Translations under genes and position numbers: made by a program
Shown: positions 9,333-19,491 of the stretch, one piece after another
How the letters are laid out: the number at the start of each line of letters is the position of its first letter
How positions within the stretch are numbered: the first letter of the stretch is position 1
DNA from: Abditibacteriaceae bacterium
Lineage (GTDB): Bacteria > Armatimonadota > Abditibacteriia > Abditibacteriales > Abditibacteriaceae
Assembly: GCA_965277285.1 (NCBI GenBank)
Contig: OZ255721.1
Location: forward strand, 1,984,001 to 2,048,000
Direction of reading: 5' to 3'
Length of the DNA: 64,000 nucleotides
Notes under the pieces: model-generated
The model's input: only the letters and a program-made list of their open reading frames with translations
Databases searched by the model: none
What the model was told of the DNA's origin: nothing

Positions 9333-10766
9333 TCACTTCGTCAGGTCGCTGATTTCGTTGGCGTAGCCGGAGAAAACTCCAATCGCCAAATGACCAATAT
9401 AAGCCGCCATCATCAGAAAAACCAGCACGCCCATGATCTTGACAGCGTTGCGAATGGCGGCTTCGGCTTCGACTTCCAGGAAGTCAGCGACTTTGTTGAG
9501 TTGCGTGTCAATGGCGCCCGATTCTTCGCCAGTCGCCATCATTTGAATCGCAATCGGCGGAAATTGTCCGGTGCGAACCATCGATTCGGTGAAGCTCGCG
9601 CCCTGCGTCAAGGCGGGCGCGACTTGCATCACGCGGCGCTGCACATACGCGTTGCCGCAACTTTCGCCGGAAACTTTCATCGCGTATTCTGCGCCGACGC
9701 CGGACGCATACATCGCCGAAAGAGCGCGCGCAAACTTCGCCGTCGCCAGACTGCGCACCACTTTATTGACGCCGGGAACGTGCATCTTGAACGCATCGAG
9801 CGCCAGGCGAAATGGCCCGTCGCGCCCCGTCACCAGCATAATGCGACTAAAAACGCGAAACCCGACATAAAGCACGCCGATGAAGATAAACGGCGGCACG
9901 ACCTGATGAAGATAAGCCGCGAAACCATTCAAAAACCACGTCACGACTGAGGGAATCAAAATAGCGCAAACCAGCAGCAATTTCGGGTAAAAAGTCTCGC
10001 GCTTGACGGCTTGGTTCAGCTCGAAATCGCGCTCGCTATAAACGGCCAGGCTTTCGCAACTTTGATCCAGACGTCCGCCGCGCTCGCCCGCGCCGATCAT
10101 GCTGACTGCCAGAACGGAAAACAAACCCGGAAACGAACGCATCGCCTGGCTCAGAGGACAACCTTCCGCCGTGTCGCGGCTCATCTGCAAAGCGGCGCGC
10201 TTCAGGCTGCGATTGCTGGCGTGTTCGGCGTAAACCTGCAAGGCGCGCGAAACGCTCGTCCCCGCACCAAGCATCGAGTGCATTTGGCGATAAAACAACG
10301 ACAATTCTTTGGCGTTCGCGTGCGCCCACAAATCCTGCCCCGAAGCTGGAGGCGTCACGCCGCCGGCCACTGGCGAGGACAAAGGCTCGTTGCCAGGTTG
10401 CGCTTGCGAAGCCTGGTTTTTCACTTCGCCAGGTGCAACAAACACATTCGAGTACTCGAACCCAGCTTCGCCAGAACGCGCAGTTTGTTCTGTCGCTTGC
10501 GCCGAATTCGGTGCCGTGACCTGCGAAGAAGTTGGCGCCTTGACCTGAGACGCGACAGGCGAAGCGGCACGCGGCACGACTTGAGGCAGCACGACTTGAG
10601 GCGGCACGAGCGATTTGCCGGAGGAATTGGCGAGAGGCGCCAGTTTGGTGACGAAGAATCCCGCTTCGCGCAAAGCGGTCAAGGCTTGATTTTGATCGGG
10701 TGCGTCGCGCGTTCCTTCGATTCGCGCGCCGCGACTGTCGCGCGCCTGAAAAGCGAATGTGGGCAT
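9333..10766 (-). CDS. Type II secretion F / PilC family platform protein
   Basis: MPTFAFQARD N-terminus; two GspF repeats (AGERGGRLD, TGEESGAID); YP motif before the TM segments. Confidence 0.9.
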   Translation of the reverse strand: MPTFAFQARDSRGARIEGTRDAPDQNQALTALREAGFFVTKLAPLANSSGKSLVPPQVVLPQVVPRAASPVASQVKAPTSSQVTAPNSAQATEQTARSGEAGFEYSNVFVAPGEVKNQASQAQPGNEPLSSPVAGGVTPPASGQDLWAHANAKELSLFYRQMHSMLGAGTSVSRALQVYAEHASNRSLKRAALQMSRDTAEGCPLSQAMRSFPGLFSVLAVSMIGAGERGGRLDQSCESLAVYSERDFELNQAVKRETFYPKLLLVCAILIPSVVTWFLNGFAAYLHQVVPPFIFIGVLYVGFRVFSRIMLVTGRDGPFRLALDAFKMHVPGVNKVVRSLATAKFARALSAMYASGVGAEYAMKVSGESCGNAYVQRRVMQVAPALTQGASFTESMVRTGQFPPIAIQMMATGEESGAIDTQLNKVADFLEVEAEAAIRNAVKIMGVLVFLMMAAYIGHLAIGVFSGYANEISDLTK

Positions 10767-10941
10767 AGCTACATTTTATCACGCCCACAGATTTCTGGAA
10801 AAGCAATTTGCATCCGTGTGCAATGAACCTGAGCATCAGCACGCGGCTGACGTAAGAGTTATTTCGGCTTCGCGCTCCTGCTTGGGTTCGCTACCGAAAT
10901 CCTATTCGGATAGGCGAAATCTGTCTGTCTTTGGTGAAGTC

Positions 10942-11009
10942 TCGGGCAACCACGAGGGTTGCCCCTACGAGAAATTTGCCTTGTAGGGGCAACTCTTGTG
11001 GTTGCCCGA
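10942..11009. repeat. GTAG-type REP inverted pair, family B
   Basis: TCGGGCAACCACGAGGGTTGCCCCTAC ... GTAGGGGCAACTCTTGTGGTTGCCCGA. Confidence 0.85.
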
Positions 11010-11050
11010 TCTTGTGGTTGTCCTAATTCGGATAGCTCTTCTTTCGCGTT

Positions 11051-11839
11051 TCAATTCGCCTTTCGCTGTCCAAAGGTGAGCAGCCACAAGGCGAATTTGC
11101 GCGGCAAAAACTTGGCGAGTAGCGCCAGAGTTTTGTTGGAGGCGCCGGGCGTGACCACCATTTGGCCACGCCTCAGGCCGCGATACGCTTGAGCCGCCAC
11201 CTGCGAGGCTTCCATTTGGAATCTTTTTCGCTGCGCAGGAAGTGCGCCTTCGACGTTGTGCCAATCGAAAGCCGTATAAGTCGGGCCTGGACAAACGATG
11301 GTCACAGTCACGCCGCTGCCTTTGAGCGAAGTGGCCAAGCCTTGCGAAAACGAAAGCAGAAACGCTTTGCTGGAATAATAAGTTGATGCGTAAGGGCTGG
11401 CCAGAAATCCTGAAACCGATCCCACGTTCAAGATTTTTCCTCGTCGGCGTTTTACCATGCCAGGAAGGAAAAGTTTGGTCAGCAGCATCGGCGCCATGAC
11501 ATTGACATTGATGAGCGCCTTGTCGCGCGCCAAATCGGTTTCCCAGAAATTGCCGAACGTTCCAAATCCGGCGTTGTTGACCAACACGTCAATTTCTATA
11601 TATTGCGTTTGCAAGTCGCGGTAGATTTGTTCCGCCGACTCCGGAGAAGAAAGGTCGTAAACCAGAGAAATCGTCTGGATGCCAAATTTACCAGCCAACG
11701 CCGAACGCGTTTTTTCCAGTCCGTTCTGATTCTTATCGACCAACACGACGCTGGAGCCATCGCGCGCGAACAAGCGGCACAATTCCGCACCAATGCCGCT
11801 GGCCGCGCCCGTCATCAGAACCCATTCTTTTGCTGCCAT
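11051..11839 (-). CDS. Short-chain dehydrogenase/reductase
   Basis: TGAASGIG, NNAGFG and YYSSK (YxxxK) motifs. Confidence 0.92.
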   Translation of the reverse strand: MAAKEWVLMTGAASGIGAELCRLFARDGSSVVLVDKNQNGLEKTRSALAGKFGIQTISLVYDLSSPESAEQIYRDLQTQYIEIDVLVNNAGFGTFGNFWETDLARDKALINVNVMAPMLLTKLFLPGMVKRRRGKILNVGSVSGFLASPYASTYYSSKAFLLSFSQGLATSLKGSGVTVTIVCPGPTYTAFDWHNVEGALPAQRKRFQMEASQVAAQAYRGLRRGQMVVTPGASNKTLALLAKFLPRKFALWLLTFGQRKAN

Positions 11840-11931
11840 GTTGTTCGTTTTACGCGAATTGGCGAGGTCGTCTTATTGATACCAATGTCACGCGCTCAGT
11901 ATGCAAGACATTGAATGTATGATGACAAAAA

Positions 11932-12004
11932 TACGCCTGGCCGGATTTGAACCAGCAACCAAGGAATTATGAGTTCCCTGCTCTAACCCTTGAGCTACAG
12001 GCGC
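11932..12004 (-). tRNA. tRNA with CAT anticodon (Ile2/lysidine-type or elongator Met); no encoded CCA
   Basis: GCGCCTGTAGCTCAAGGGTTAGAGCAGGGAACTCATAATTCCTTGGTTGCTGGTTCAAATCCGGCCAGGCGTA folds into a cloverleaf with loop CTCATAA. Confidence 0.93.
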
Positions 12005-12084
12005 GAAGAAATTGAAGCGATTCGATTTTAACGTATTGCCAGCGTCATCGCACCATCGAGTACTCGAATTGTAAACTTGCAGTT

Positions 12085-12888
12085 ATGAAACGCTTGAAAC
12101 GGCACCGCTCTTCGTGGATAAGAATTGCTTTGGCTTTAGTGTGGCTGACCTTCATCGGTTTCTGGACAGTTGGCAATTGGAAGCAACCAAACGACAGTTT
12201 GATGAAACGTGAAAGCGTAGAACGGCGCCAGGAAGAGGATAGAAACACTAATATTCTTGGGCTGAGTTTTGGCCTTTTGTTTTCCTCATTTGGCGTCGCC
12301 TGTTTGATAGCAGAATTTACCAGTTCTTTTGCTCTTGAAGTGAGCGATCAAAAAATCAAGGCCGCTTACGAACTAAGTGACGATCAATTTGTGGAAATCG
12401 GCCCTATGCGTGGTTTGAACGGCAATGCTATCGCGCTTTCGCTGTACTATAGTTACGATTGGGAACCGCAACTGGAAACGTTCACGTTCTACCGCCAAAT
12501 GCCGCCTCTATGCTACATTTCTTATCATGTTCAGCTTTTGGATGACCAAGCCAAAGTTATCTCTGATCAGACATTCTTTCATTCAAATCCCGCTCCCAGC
12601 GCGGTGAAAGGAAAACCGCGCTGGACAGAAAAGATCTTTCCTGTTTCCGACTTCAGCACAAATTACACGCTGCGCATCCAACCGATTTTCGACAGAAAGT
12701 CACTCGCGCTCTTCGACAAAAACGTCATCGACAAACGATTGACGATTGATTTGCATATCAAGCTCGCGGTGTGTGTTGCGCCGAACCAATTGCGAAAAGT
12801 CGAGCCAAAAAACATTTCAATTTCGCGGGCGCACGCGATTGTTCATCGAGTACTCGATGTGCCGCTGCTGTCGTCGTCTTCGTCGTAA
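12085..12888 (+). CDS. Hypothetical membrane protein
   Basis: 267-aa ORF with two N-terminal hydrophobic segments; lower GC; overlaps the sigma gene 3' end by 46 nt. Confidence 0.55.
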   Translation: MKRLKRHRSSWIRIALALVWLTFIGFWTVGNWKQPNDSLMKRESVERRQEEDRNTNILGLSFGLLFSSFGVACLIAEFTSSFALEVSDQKIKAAYELSDDQFVEIGPMRGLNGNAIALSLYYSYDWEPQLETFTFYRQMPPLCYISYHVQLLDDQAKVISDQTFFHSNPAPSAVKGKPRWTEKIFPVSDFSTNYTLRIQPIFDRKSLALFDKNVIDKRLTIDLHIKLAVCVAPNQLRKVEPKNISISRAHAIVHRVLDVPLLSSSSS

Positions 12889-14180
12889 TCCGACACCATT
12901 TCGCCCAGCGACGTGTTTTGCGCGCGACGACGCAATTTGCGTAAAGCCCTGATTTCCAATTGATGCACGCGGTCGCGCGAAATGTGCAACGTGGCAGCGA
13001 TGTCGTCGAGCGAGCGCGGGCCACTTTCCGCCCATTCGCCCAGACCGAAACGCTGCTGCAAAATCGCGGCTTCGCGTTCGGGCAATGATCCTAAAACTTC
13101 GCCGATTCCCTGCTGCAAATCGCCCTGCGAAACCGACAAAAACGCGCCATCGTCTCCGGCTCCGGCCAAACGGTCGCCCAATTCATCGTCCTCGTCCTCG
13201 CCGCCACCGGCTTGATCGAGCGACAATGGTTCCGTGGCCACGCGCTGCAATTCTTCGACTTGTTTCAAAGAAAGTCCAGCAGTTTGCGCGAGTTCCTGAC
13301 GCGATGGTTCGTGCCCCAAAGTCTGCGTCATTTCGCGCTGCAAGCGTTGCAATTTCTGTGAGGCAGCGTTCAAATGTCCGGGCAGTCGAATCGAGCGCGC
13401 CTGCGCCGCAATCGCATGGTTGATCGCTTCGCGGATGTACCATGTCGCAAACGATGATAAACGCGAACCTTTATCGGGATTGAACTTATCAACCGCGCGA
13501 ATTAAGCCCAGATTGCCTTCCTGCACCAGATCGAGCATCGGCAAAAGCGAGCGGCCTTTCGAGTTGCGCGCGATGTGAACGACCAATCGCAAGTTGGCTT
13601 CGACCAGGCGGCGCCGCGCGTCTTCCTGCATCAACGGCGAACCTTCGCGCGCCTGATGCGCCAAAAACAGTTCTTCTTCGGGACTGAGCAACGGCGTGCG
13701 TCCCATTTGCTGCAGATATTGCGTGAACGCATCCGACACGGCGGAACCGCTTTCATCGGCTTCGTCGTCTAAAATCGCCGCCACTGCGCCACTGATTTCC
13801 GGCATCAGCGGAAGGTTTTCCGATGCGTCGTCCTGGTTTCGAGTACTCGATAACGCCGTCGATTGTGGCGGCGTGAAGAAGTTTTCGATGTGCGACAGAA
13901 CATCGTCCAACTCGCGGTCGGCGCGCAGTGGTTTGGGCTTTTTAGGAGTTTGAGCAACGGAAGTTTGAGGTTTGGTTGCGGGTTTCGGCTCGACTTCATC
14001 GACGACTTGAATGCCGCGATTTTCCAAGACTTCAAAAATCGCTTCGGCGTCTTCGGCGTCGATTTGCGCGTCGCCCAAAACGCGATTGATGTGCGCGTAG
14101 GACAATTTTCCGGCGCGCGCTCCGGCTTCGAGCAGTTCGCGCACGGCCTGATTGGGATCGTTTTGTTCAGTTTGTGTCAT
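12843..14180 (-). CDS. RpoD/SigA-like sigma-70 factor with region 1.1, probably an alternative paralogue
   Basis: YLQQMGRTPLLSPEEE, LVEANLRLVV, DLVQEGNLGLIRAVDKF and region 4 HTH (ALRKLR). Confidence 0.92.
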   Translation of the reverse strand: MTQTEQNDPNQAVRELLEAGARAGKLSYAHINRVLGDAQIDAEDAEAIFEVLENRGIQVVDEVEPKPATKPQTSVAQTPKKPKPLRADRELDDVLSHIENFFTPPQSTALSSTRNQDDASENLPLMPEISGAVAAILDDEADESGSAVSDAFTQYLQQMGRTPLLSPEEELFLAHQAREGSPLMQEDARRRLVEANLRLVVHIARNSKGRSLLPMLDLVQEGNLGLIRAVDKFNPDKGSRLSSFATWYIREAINHAIAAQARSIRLPGHLNAASQKLQRLQREMTQTLGHEPSRQELAQTAGLSLKQVEELQRVATEPLSLDQAGGGEDEDDELGDRLAGAGDDGAFLSVSQGDLQQGIGEVLGSLPEREAAILQQRFGLGEWAESGPRSLDDIAATLHISRDRVHQLEIRALRKLRRRAQNTSLGEMVSDYDEDDDSSGTSSTR

Positions 14181-14223
14181 GGCCTGGAGTTTACGACTTC
14201 TGACGCTCTTATTTTCAAATTGG

Positions 14224-14480
14224 ATAGAACACGGAGGCTTCGCCCACGCGGATTGAACGGATGAACACGGATTTTCATTGAGATTTCAAAGGAGAAAACA
14301 GTATTGGAAGTGTTTAGTTCGTCATTCTGAGCACAGCGAAGAATCTATGTGAAGTTAGATTCTTCGCTGCGCTCAGAATGACAAACTGGGAGTTTGAACG
14401 CGCATCTTCCTTTTTCAAGCTAATTCTAAAGATCCGTGTTCATCCGTTCAATCCGCGTGGGCGAAGCCTCCGTGTTCTAT
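14224..14480. repeat. Nested MITE-like structure: 49-bp perfect outer inverted repeats around a family-C REP pair (14321-14382)
   Basis: 14224-14272 is the reverse complement of 14432-14480; inner GTCATTCTGAGCACAGCGAAGAATCT / AGATTCTTCGCTGCGCTCAGAATGAC. Confidence 0.88.
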
Positions 14481-14489
14481 TCTGTCAAT

Positions 14490-15845
14490 TTATGATTGGA
14501 AATACGTACGCGCGGATTGATTCCATTTGCTAATTTGCGCGTTGCGAAACGCTTGATCGTTCCATTTCGCGGCCAGGCTCGCCAGTTCGTCTTCCTTCAA
14601 GGGAACATAAGCGGCGTCCGGCGTTTTAGCGACTTTGGCTTTGACATCGTTCAAGTTGTCAATCAGGACGGCGCCGATCAGGTCGTCCAAAGCGCGGCGG
14701 CGTTCAGCCGATTTTTGCGTATCGAAGACGAAGGTGTTTTTTCCGGCGTAAGGGTTCGTCGTCACCAAACTGCCAGACGGAATCGGTTTGTACATCGAAG
14801 GCAACGACGGTTGACGCCCCAGAGCATTATTTTTTGGGCCACCCGACACGCCGATCGGCAGCATCCACAACTTTTGCCCGGCTGGGGAAAGCACAAAAGC
14901 GACGAACTCTTGCGCCAGTTTCAAGTGTGGCGCGCCGCGCAAAATGCCGATGGGATCAGACGTCACGACGCGTTGGCCTTGCGGCTCGACATAACCCAAT
15001 TTGTCGCCTCGCGTGCGGCGGATTTTGCTGGACGCATAAAAATCGATGGCGGGTGCGGCGACGGCTTCGCCACTGGCCACATCGTCCAAAAGCGCCGAAC
15101 TCGATTTGCTGAAAGCGCGCGCATTGCCCGCCATCTGCGTTAGAACGCGCCAGCCTTTGTCCCAACCGTTGGCCTGCAAAATAATTTCATACGCCATGTG
15201 CGCCGAACCCGATTCGCGCGGATCAGCCAGCGAAACGCGTCCACGCAATTTGGGATTGCCCATGTCGGCCCAGCTTTGCGGAATCGGCAAATTGTCGCGC
15301 GCCATCAACGCTTTGTTGTACAAAATGCCGAAACTGGACAATGCGGCGCCGACCCAAAGGTTGTTTTTGTCGCGCATTTCTACGCCGTTCAATTGCAGCG
15401 GAACGCCATAAGAAGCTGGCAAAGGTTGCAGCAGATTTTGCGACTGCATATCGATGAACGAATCGGAGCCGCCGCCAAAAAATGCGTCGATGCCGATGCC
15501 TTCGCCCGAAGTTTTGTTTTTAGCCTGCGAGAGGACAAAACGCAAGTCTTCCGTCGAGCCGCCGACATCGAGCCACTTGAACGTGACATTGGGGTGCGTC
15601 GCTTTGAAGGCGTTTTCAAACTCGACCTGAGAATCGCGGCTGTTGGGCGACATCACGATCAATGTATTCGGGTCAGTGCCCGTCGGAATGGTTGTGGACG
15701 CGCCCGAAACCGCATTTCCAGTACTCGAAGTGGAAGGATTTGAGCCGCCAGAACGCGGGCTACAACCCGTCAAGGCGAAAGCGATCAAAGGCAGGACAAC
15801 GGCACAATGTCGGGCGTGAGAAGAAAAAGAAAAGTTCACGCGCAA
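14490..15845 (-). CDS. ABC transporter substrate-binding lipoprotein (Fe3+/AfuA-like family)
   Basis: Lipobox LTGC; FFGGG, ADPRESGSA and FVLSPAGQKLW motifs. Confidence 0.85.
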   Translation of the reverse strand: MRVNFSFSSHARHCAVVLPLIAFALTGCSPRSGGSNPSTSSTGNAVSGASTTIPTGTDPNTLIVMSPNSRDSQVEFENAFKATHPNVTFKWLDVGGSTEDLRFVLSQAKNKTSGEGIGIDAFFGGGSDSFIDMQSQNLLQPLPASYGVPLQLNGVEMRDKNNLWVGAALSSFGILYNKALMARDNLPIPQSWADMGNPKLRGRVSLADPRESGSAHMAYEIILQANGWDKGWRVLTQMAGNARAFSKSSSALLDDVASGEAVAAPAIDFYASSKIRRTRGDKLGYVEPQGQRVVTSDPIGILRGAPHLKLAQEFVAFVLSPAGQKLWMLPIGVSGGPKNNALGRQPSLPSMYKPIPSGSLVTTNPYAGKNTFVFDTQKSAERRRALDDLIGAVLIDNLNDVKAKVAKTPDAAYVPLKEDELASLAAKWNDQAFRNAQISKWNQSARTYFQS

Positions 15846-15928
15846 GGTTTAACACTCGTTTTCATCCGTCGCAAGCTGAAAGATAAGATTGAAGTCGTGC
15901 AATTTCCAACTGAAACGTGCATTGGTCA

Positions 15929-15999
15929 CAGAACCCTAAGCGTAAGCATGGGGCTGAAGTAACTGTCATTTCAGCCCCGCGCTCACGCTTGGGGTTCTG
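15929..15999. repeat. REP-like inverted pair, family A, copy 4
   Basis: CAGAACCCTAAGCGTAAGCATGGGGCTGAA ... TTCAGCCCCGCGCTCACGCTTGGGGTTCTG. Confidence 0.85.
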
Positions 16000-16035
16000 C
16001 AAAGATCAATTCGGAATTTCTTTGTGTCTCTGTGG

Positions 16036-16833
16036 TTAATTCTTTGTCTTCAAGCGCGCGAGCCACAGGCGAACGAGTACTCGAACCGCTTCCAGAATAA
16101 TGCGACGGCTCATTTTGCTTTTGCCGAACTCACGGTCAACGAAAATAATTGGCACTTCGCCGACGCGCCCACCGACGCTGCGCACTTTGTCCATCGTGAT
16201 GAACAAAAACGCGTAGCCTTCGACGCGAACATTTAAAACACCGGCGCGCTCTATCAGTTCGCGTTTCCAGCAACGAAAACCTCCGGTGCAATCGCGCACT
16301 GGCAACTTCAGCATCGTGCGGGCCAAGCCATTTGCGGTCGCCGACAAAATCTTGCGATCCCAGCCCCAGTTCTGCGTGCCGCCGCCTGGAACATAGCGCG
16401 AGCCGACCACCAAATCAAAGTCGCGGCTTTTCGCCAGAATCGCAGGCAGATATTTGGGATCGTGCGAAAAATCGGCGTCCATTTGCAAAATCAAGGGTGC
16501 GCCAAGTTTCATCGCCAGGCGCATTCCGTCTTGCACCGCGGACGCATAGCCCATTTTCTTGCCGCGTTCAATCAGGTGAACACGCGCGCGGCCTTTGGCT
16601 TTCTCGATTTCAGCGCGTTCCAAAACTAATTTATCGGTGCCATCGCGTGACCCGTCGTCCACCACAATGGCGACTAAGCGTGAATCAGCGGCTAAAATGC
16701 CATCTAACAAGCGCGCGATATTGCCGCTTTCGTTCAATGTCGGCACAACAACAGCGACTTCCATCGTCTCCTTCACTTTATCAACGTCGAAGGTTGAAAC
16801 AGCAGAAGTCGAAAGATCGGTAGCGTTGTTCAT
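16036..16833 (-). CDS. GT2 polyprenol-monophosphomannose synthase-like glycosyltransferase
   Basis: VVPTLNE, VDDGSRDGT, QMDADFSH, GSRYVPGG and DCTGGFR motifs. Confidence 0.92.
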   Translation of the reverse strand: MNNATDLSTSAVSTFDVDKVKETMEVAVVVPTLNESGNIARLLDGILAADSRLVAIVVDDGSRDGTDKLVLERAEIEKAKGRARVHLIERGKKMGYASAVQDGMRLAMKLGAPLILQMDADFSHDPKYLPAILAKSRDFDLVVGSRYVPGGGTQNWGWDRKILSATANGLARTMLKLPVRDCTGGFRCWKRELIERAGVLNVRVEGYAFLFITMDKVRSVGGRVGEVPIIFVDREFGKSKMSRRIILEAVRVLVRLWLARLKTKN

Positions 16834-16863
16834 TGTTGAAGATGAGATCGAGTACTCGAATCT

Positions 16864-19200
16864 TTATACAGGTTGAGTTGGCGCCGGAGCACCTTGCTGA
16901 CGGCTCGATTTCTGGACAATCGCCATAAAATCGGCGTTGGTTTTCGTGTTGCGCAAGCGGTCAATCAACAAGTTAATCGCTTTATCGTTGTCCAATGCCG
17001 AAAGCGTGCGCCGCAAATGATAAGTCGCCGCCAGGTCGTCTTTGGTCAACAGCAAATCGTCGCGTCGGGTGCCGCTTTTGTTGATGTCAATCGCAGGAAA
17101 AATACGCTGATCGAACAAGTTGCGGTCGAGCACCAAATCCATGTTGCCCGTGCCCTTCAACTCCTCGAAGATGTATTCGTCCATGCGCGAGCCAGTGTCA
17201 ACCAGCACAGTCGCTAAAATCGTCAGGCTACCGCCTTCTTCGATGTTGCGCGCGGCGCCGAAAAGTCGCTTCGGTTTATACATCGCGGCGGGATCAAGTC
17301 CGCCCGACATGGTACGTCCGCTGGGTGCGACAACGAGGTTGGAAGCGCGGCTGAGGCGCGTAATCGAATCGAGCAGAATCACGACATCGCGCTTCTGCTC
17401 GACCATGCGCTTGGCTTTTTCCAGCACCATATCGGCGACGCGAATGTGGTTTTCCGGCATTTCGTCAAACGTCGAAGCCACGACTTCGCCACGCACGCTG
17501 CGCGCAATATCGGTCACTTCTTCGGGACGTTCGTCAATCAAAAGCACGATCAAATGCACATCGGGATGGTTCGCCATGATCGAGTTGGCGACGTTTTTAA
17601 TCAATGACGTTTTGCCAGCTTTGGGCGGCGCGACGATCAATCCGCGCTGACCTTTGCCAATGGGCGAAACCAGATCAATGATGCGCGCCGTGATATTTTC
17701 CTGCGTCGTTTCAAGGTTGAATTTTTCGTTCGGGAAAATCGGCGTCAACTTCTCGAACTCTTTGCGCACGCGCGTCACATCGGGCGCTTCGCCGTTGCAC
17801 GCTTCGACACGCAGCAATCCGTAATAGCGCTCCATTTCCTTGGGCGCGCGCACCTGACCCGACACGATATCGCCCGTTTTGAGGTTGAAGCGCTTGATCT
17901 GCGATTGCGAAATGTAGACGTCTTCGTTGCTGGAAAGATAACCTTCGGTTCGCAGAAAACCTTTGCCATCGGGCAAGATTTCCAGAATGCCTTTCTTGAA
18001 CAGGTTGCCCGAATTTTCGGCTTGCGCTTCCAAAATGCGCAAAACCAAATCGCTTTTCTGCATGCCCACTGCTGAATCAACGTTCAATTCTTTAGCGATT
18101 TCATGCAACTCAATCAAGTTCTTATCTTCCAAAGTCGTTAAATCAAGGTCATTTTGACCGCGCACCAAGTCGCGTTCGAGATTGCGCTCGGAATTACGAT
18201 TGTCGCGCGCCTCATCACGGTTGTTCTGCCCATTGTTGCGATTATTGTCGTTACGGTTGTTGTCGTTGCGATTGCCGTTGTTGTCGTTACGGTTATTATC
18301 GTTGCGATTGTTTTGCAAGCGACCTGGCTGCGTGTTTTGGCTGTTGTCATTGCGCGCGTTACGATTGCCGTTGCCGTTCGCGTTATTGCTGTTGTTGCCA
18401 GTACCGACATTGCCAGTGCCGCCTTCGAAACGCGTGCGGAAGCCGCGTGCATCGTTGCGGCGCAGTTCGGCGCGCCCTTCGCGTCCGCGAAAACGCAAGC
18501 CGCGATCACCACGATTATCAGCGCGCGCATCCGAACGCACATCGTTACGACGCTCTTCGCGCACTTCGGGCAAACGCACGGTGCGCGGCATCGCGGCTTC
18601 CTGCGGCGCCTGGCTTTGGCCGATCTCATTGTTTATTGCATGAGTTTCGCCACGCGTCGCACCGCTTCGAGTACTCGAATTGGGCGTTCCTTCTTCAGGC
18701 GCCCCGTTCTGCGAGAACTCATTTTGCTCAGGTCGATTTTCTTTTCCCTCAGGAGAATTACGTTCTTGCGCCAGACGTTCTGGTAATTTACGTTCCGGTG
18801 CTTGTTCAGACTGCCCTTGTTCATGGTCAGCCATGTCACTGCGTGGAGTTTCTTCGCGCACCGCATCGTTCGCCGTTGCATCGTTCGCTGTTGCATCGTT
18901 CGCTGTTGCATCGTTCGCTGTTGCATCGTTCGCCACGGGAATAAAAGTGAGCTGATCGGCGCTGGCTTTTTCCGTTTTCTCGGATGCATTCACCACGCGC
19001 GTAGCGACTTTACGCGTGGTGCTTTTTTCACGCCGAGGTGTCGTTCTTTTGGCAGACGCAGACGCCTTTGCCGTCGCTTTAGGCGAGGCTTTAACGCCCG
19101 TTTCTTCACCGCGCGCAGGAATTTCTTCCTGGTGTTCTGCACCGGAATTTTCTGAATTTGTGGCACCGGAATCGAACCGGCTATTGTCTTCGATCATCAT
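16864..19200 (-). CDS. rho: Transcription termination factor Rho with an N-terminal low-complexity extension of about 350 aa
   Basis: GKGQRGLIVAPPKAGKT, LLIDERPEEVTD, GAARNIEEGGSLTI and FPAIDINKSGTR motifs. Confidence 0.97.
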   Translation of the reverse strand: MMIEDNSRFDSGATNSENSGAEHQEEIPARGEETGVKASPKATAKASASAKRTTPRREKSTTRKVATRVVNASEKTEKASADQLTFIPVANDATANDATANDATANDATANDAVREETPRSDMADHEQGQSEQAPERKLPERLAQERNSPEGKENRPEQNEFSQNGAPEEGTPNSSTRSGATRGETHAINNEIGQSQAPQEAAMPRTVRLPEVREERRNDVRSDARADNRGDRGLRFRGREGRAELRRNDARGFRTRFEGGTGNVGTGNNSNNANGNGNRNARNDNSQNTQPGRLQNNRNDNNRNDNNGNRNDNNRNDNNRNNGQNNRDEARDNRNSERNLERDLVRGQNDLDLTTLEDKNLIELHEIAKELNVDSAVGMQKSDLVLRILEAQAENSGNLFKKGILEILPDGKGFLRTEGYLSSNEDVYISQSQIKRFNLKTGDIVSGQVRAPKEMERYYGLLRVEACNGEAPDVTRVRKEFEKLTPIFPNEKFNLETTQENITARIIDLVSPIGKGQRGLIVAPPKAGKTSLIKNVANSIMANHPDVHLIVLLIDERPEEVTDIARSVRGEVVASTFDEMPENHIRVADMVLEKAKRMVEQKRDVVILLDSITRLSRASNLVVAPSGRTMSGGLDPAAMYKPKRLFGAARNIEEGGSLTILATVLVDTGSRMDEYIFEELKGTGNMDLVLDRNLFDQRIFPAIDINKSGTRRDDLLLTKDDLAATYHLRRTLSALDNDKAINLLIDRLRNTKTNADFMAIVQKSSRQQGAPAPTQPV
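18863..18933. repeat. 15-bp coding tandem repeat (about 5 copies, encodes ANDAT) within rho
   Basis: (gcatcgttcgcYgtt)n read directly from the sequence. Confidence 0.9.
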
Positions 19201-19491
19201 GTAAAAAACCTCGAAAGGCGTTTGCGAACCATATTTTGAGTAGAAATGGGGATTGCGGAGAGAAGGCGCATCGGCAACAAGGAGCCTTTGACAGAACTTA
19301 TTTAGGAACCGTGATGTAGTTTCTTCTTACTGTGGCGTTCGATTACGCTTAAGAAACGAGAAATGCTGTCTTAGAAACCAATGGCAGGCCGCAAATTTTG
19401 AAGAGTTGAGCACAAAGCATCCAAACGGCGAGACATCAAAAAGGACCGAGCGAGAAAGGCAATCAGCTAACAAGATTAGCTAACGACCAAC

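Noticed and set aside
11932..12888. Genomic island integrated at the tRNA(CAT)
   Set aside because: There is no integrase and no duplicated tRNA 3' end, and the atypical ORF lies on the 5' side of the tRNA.
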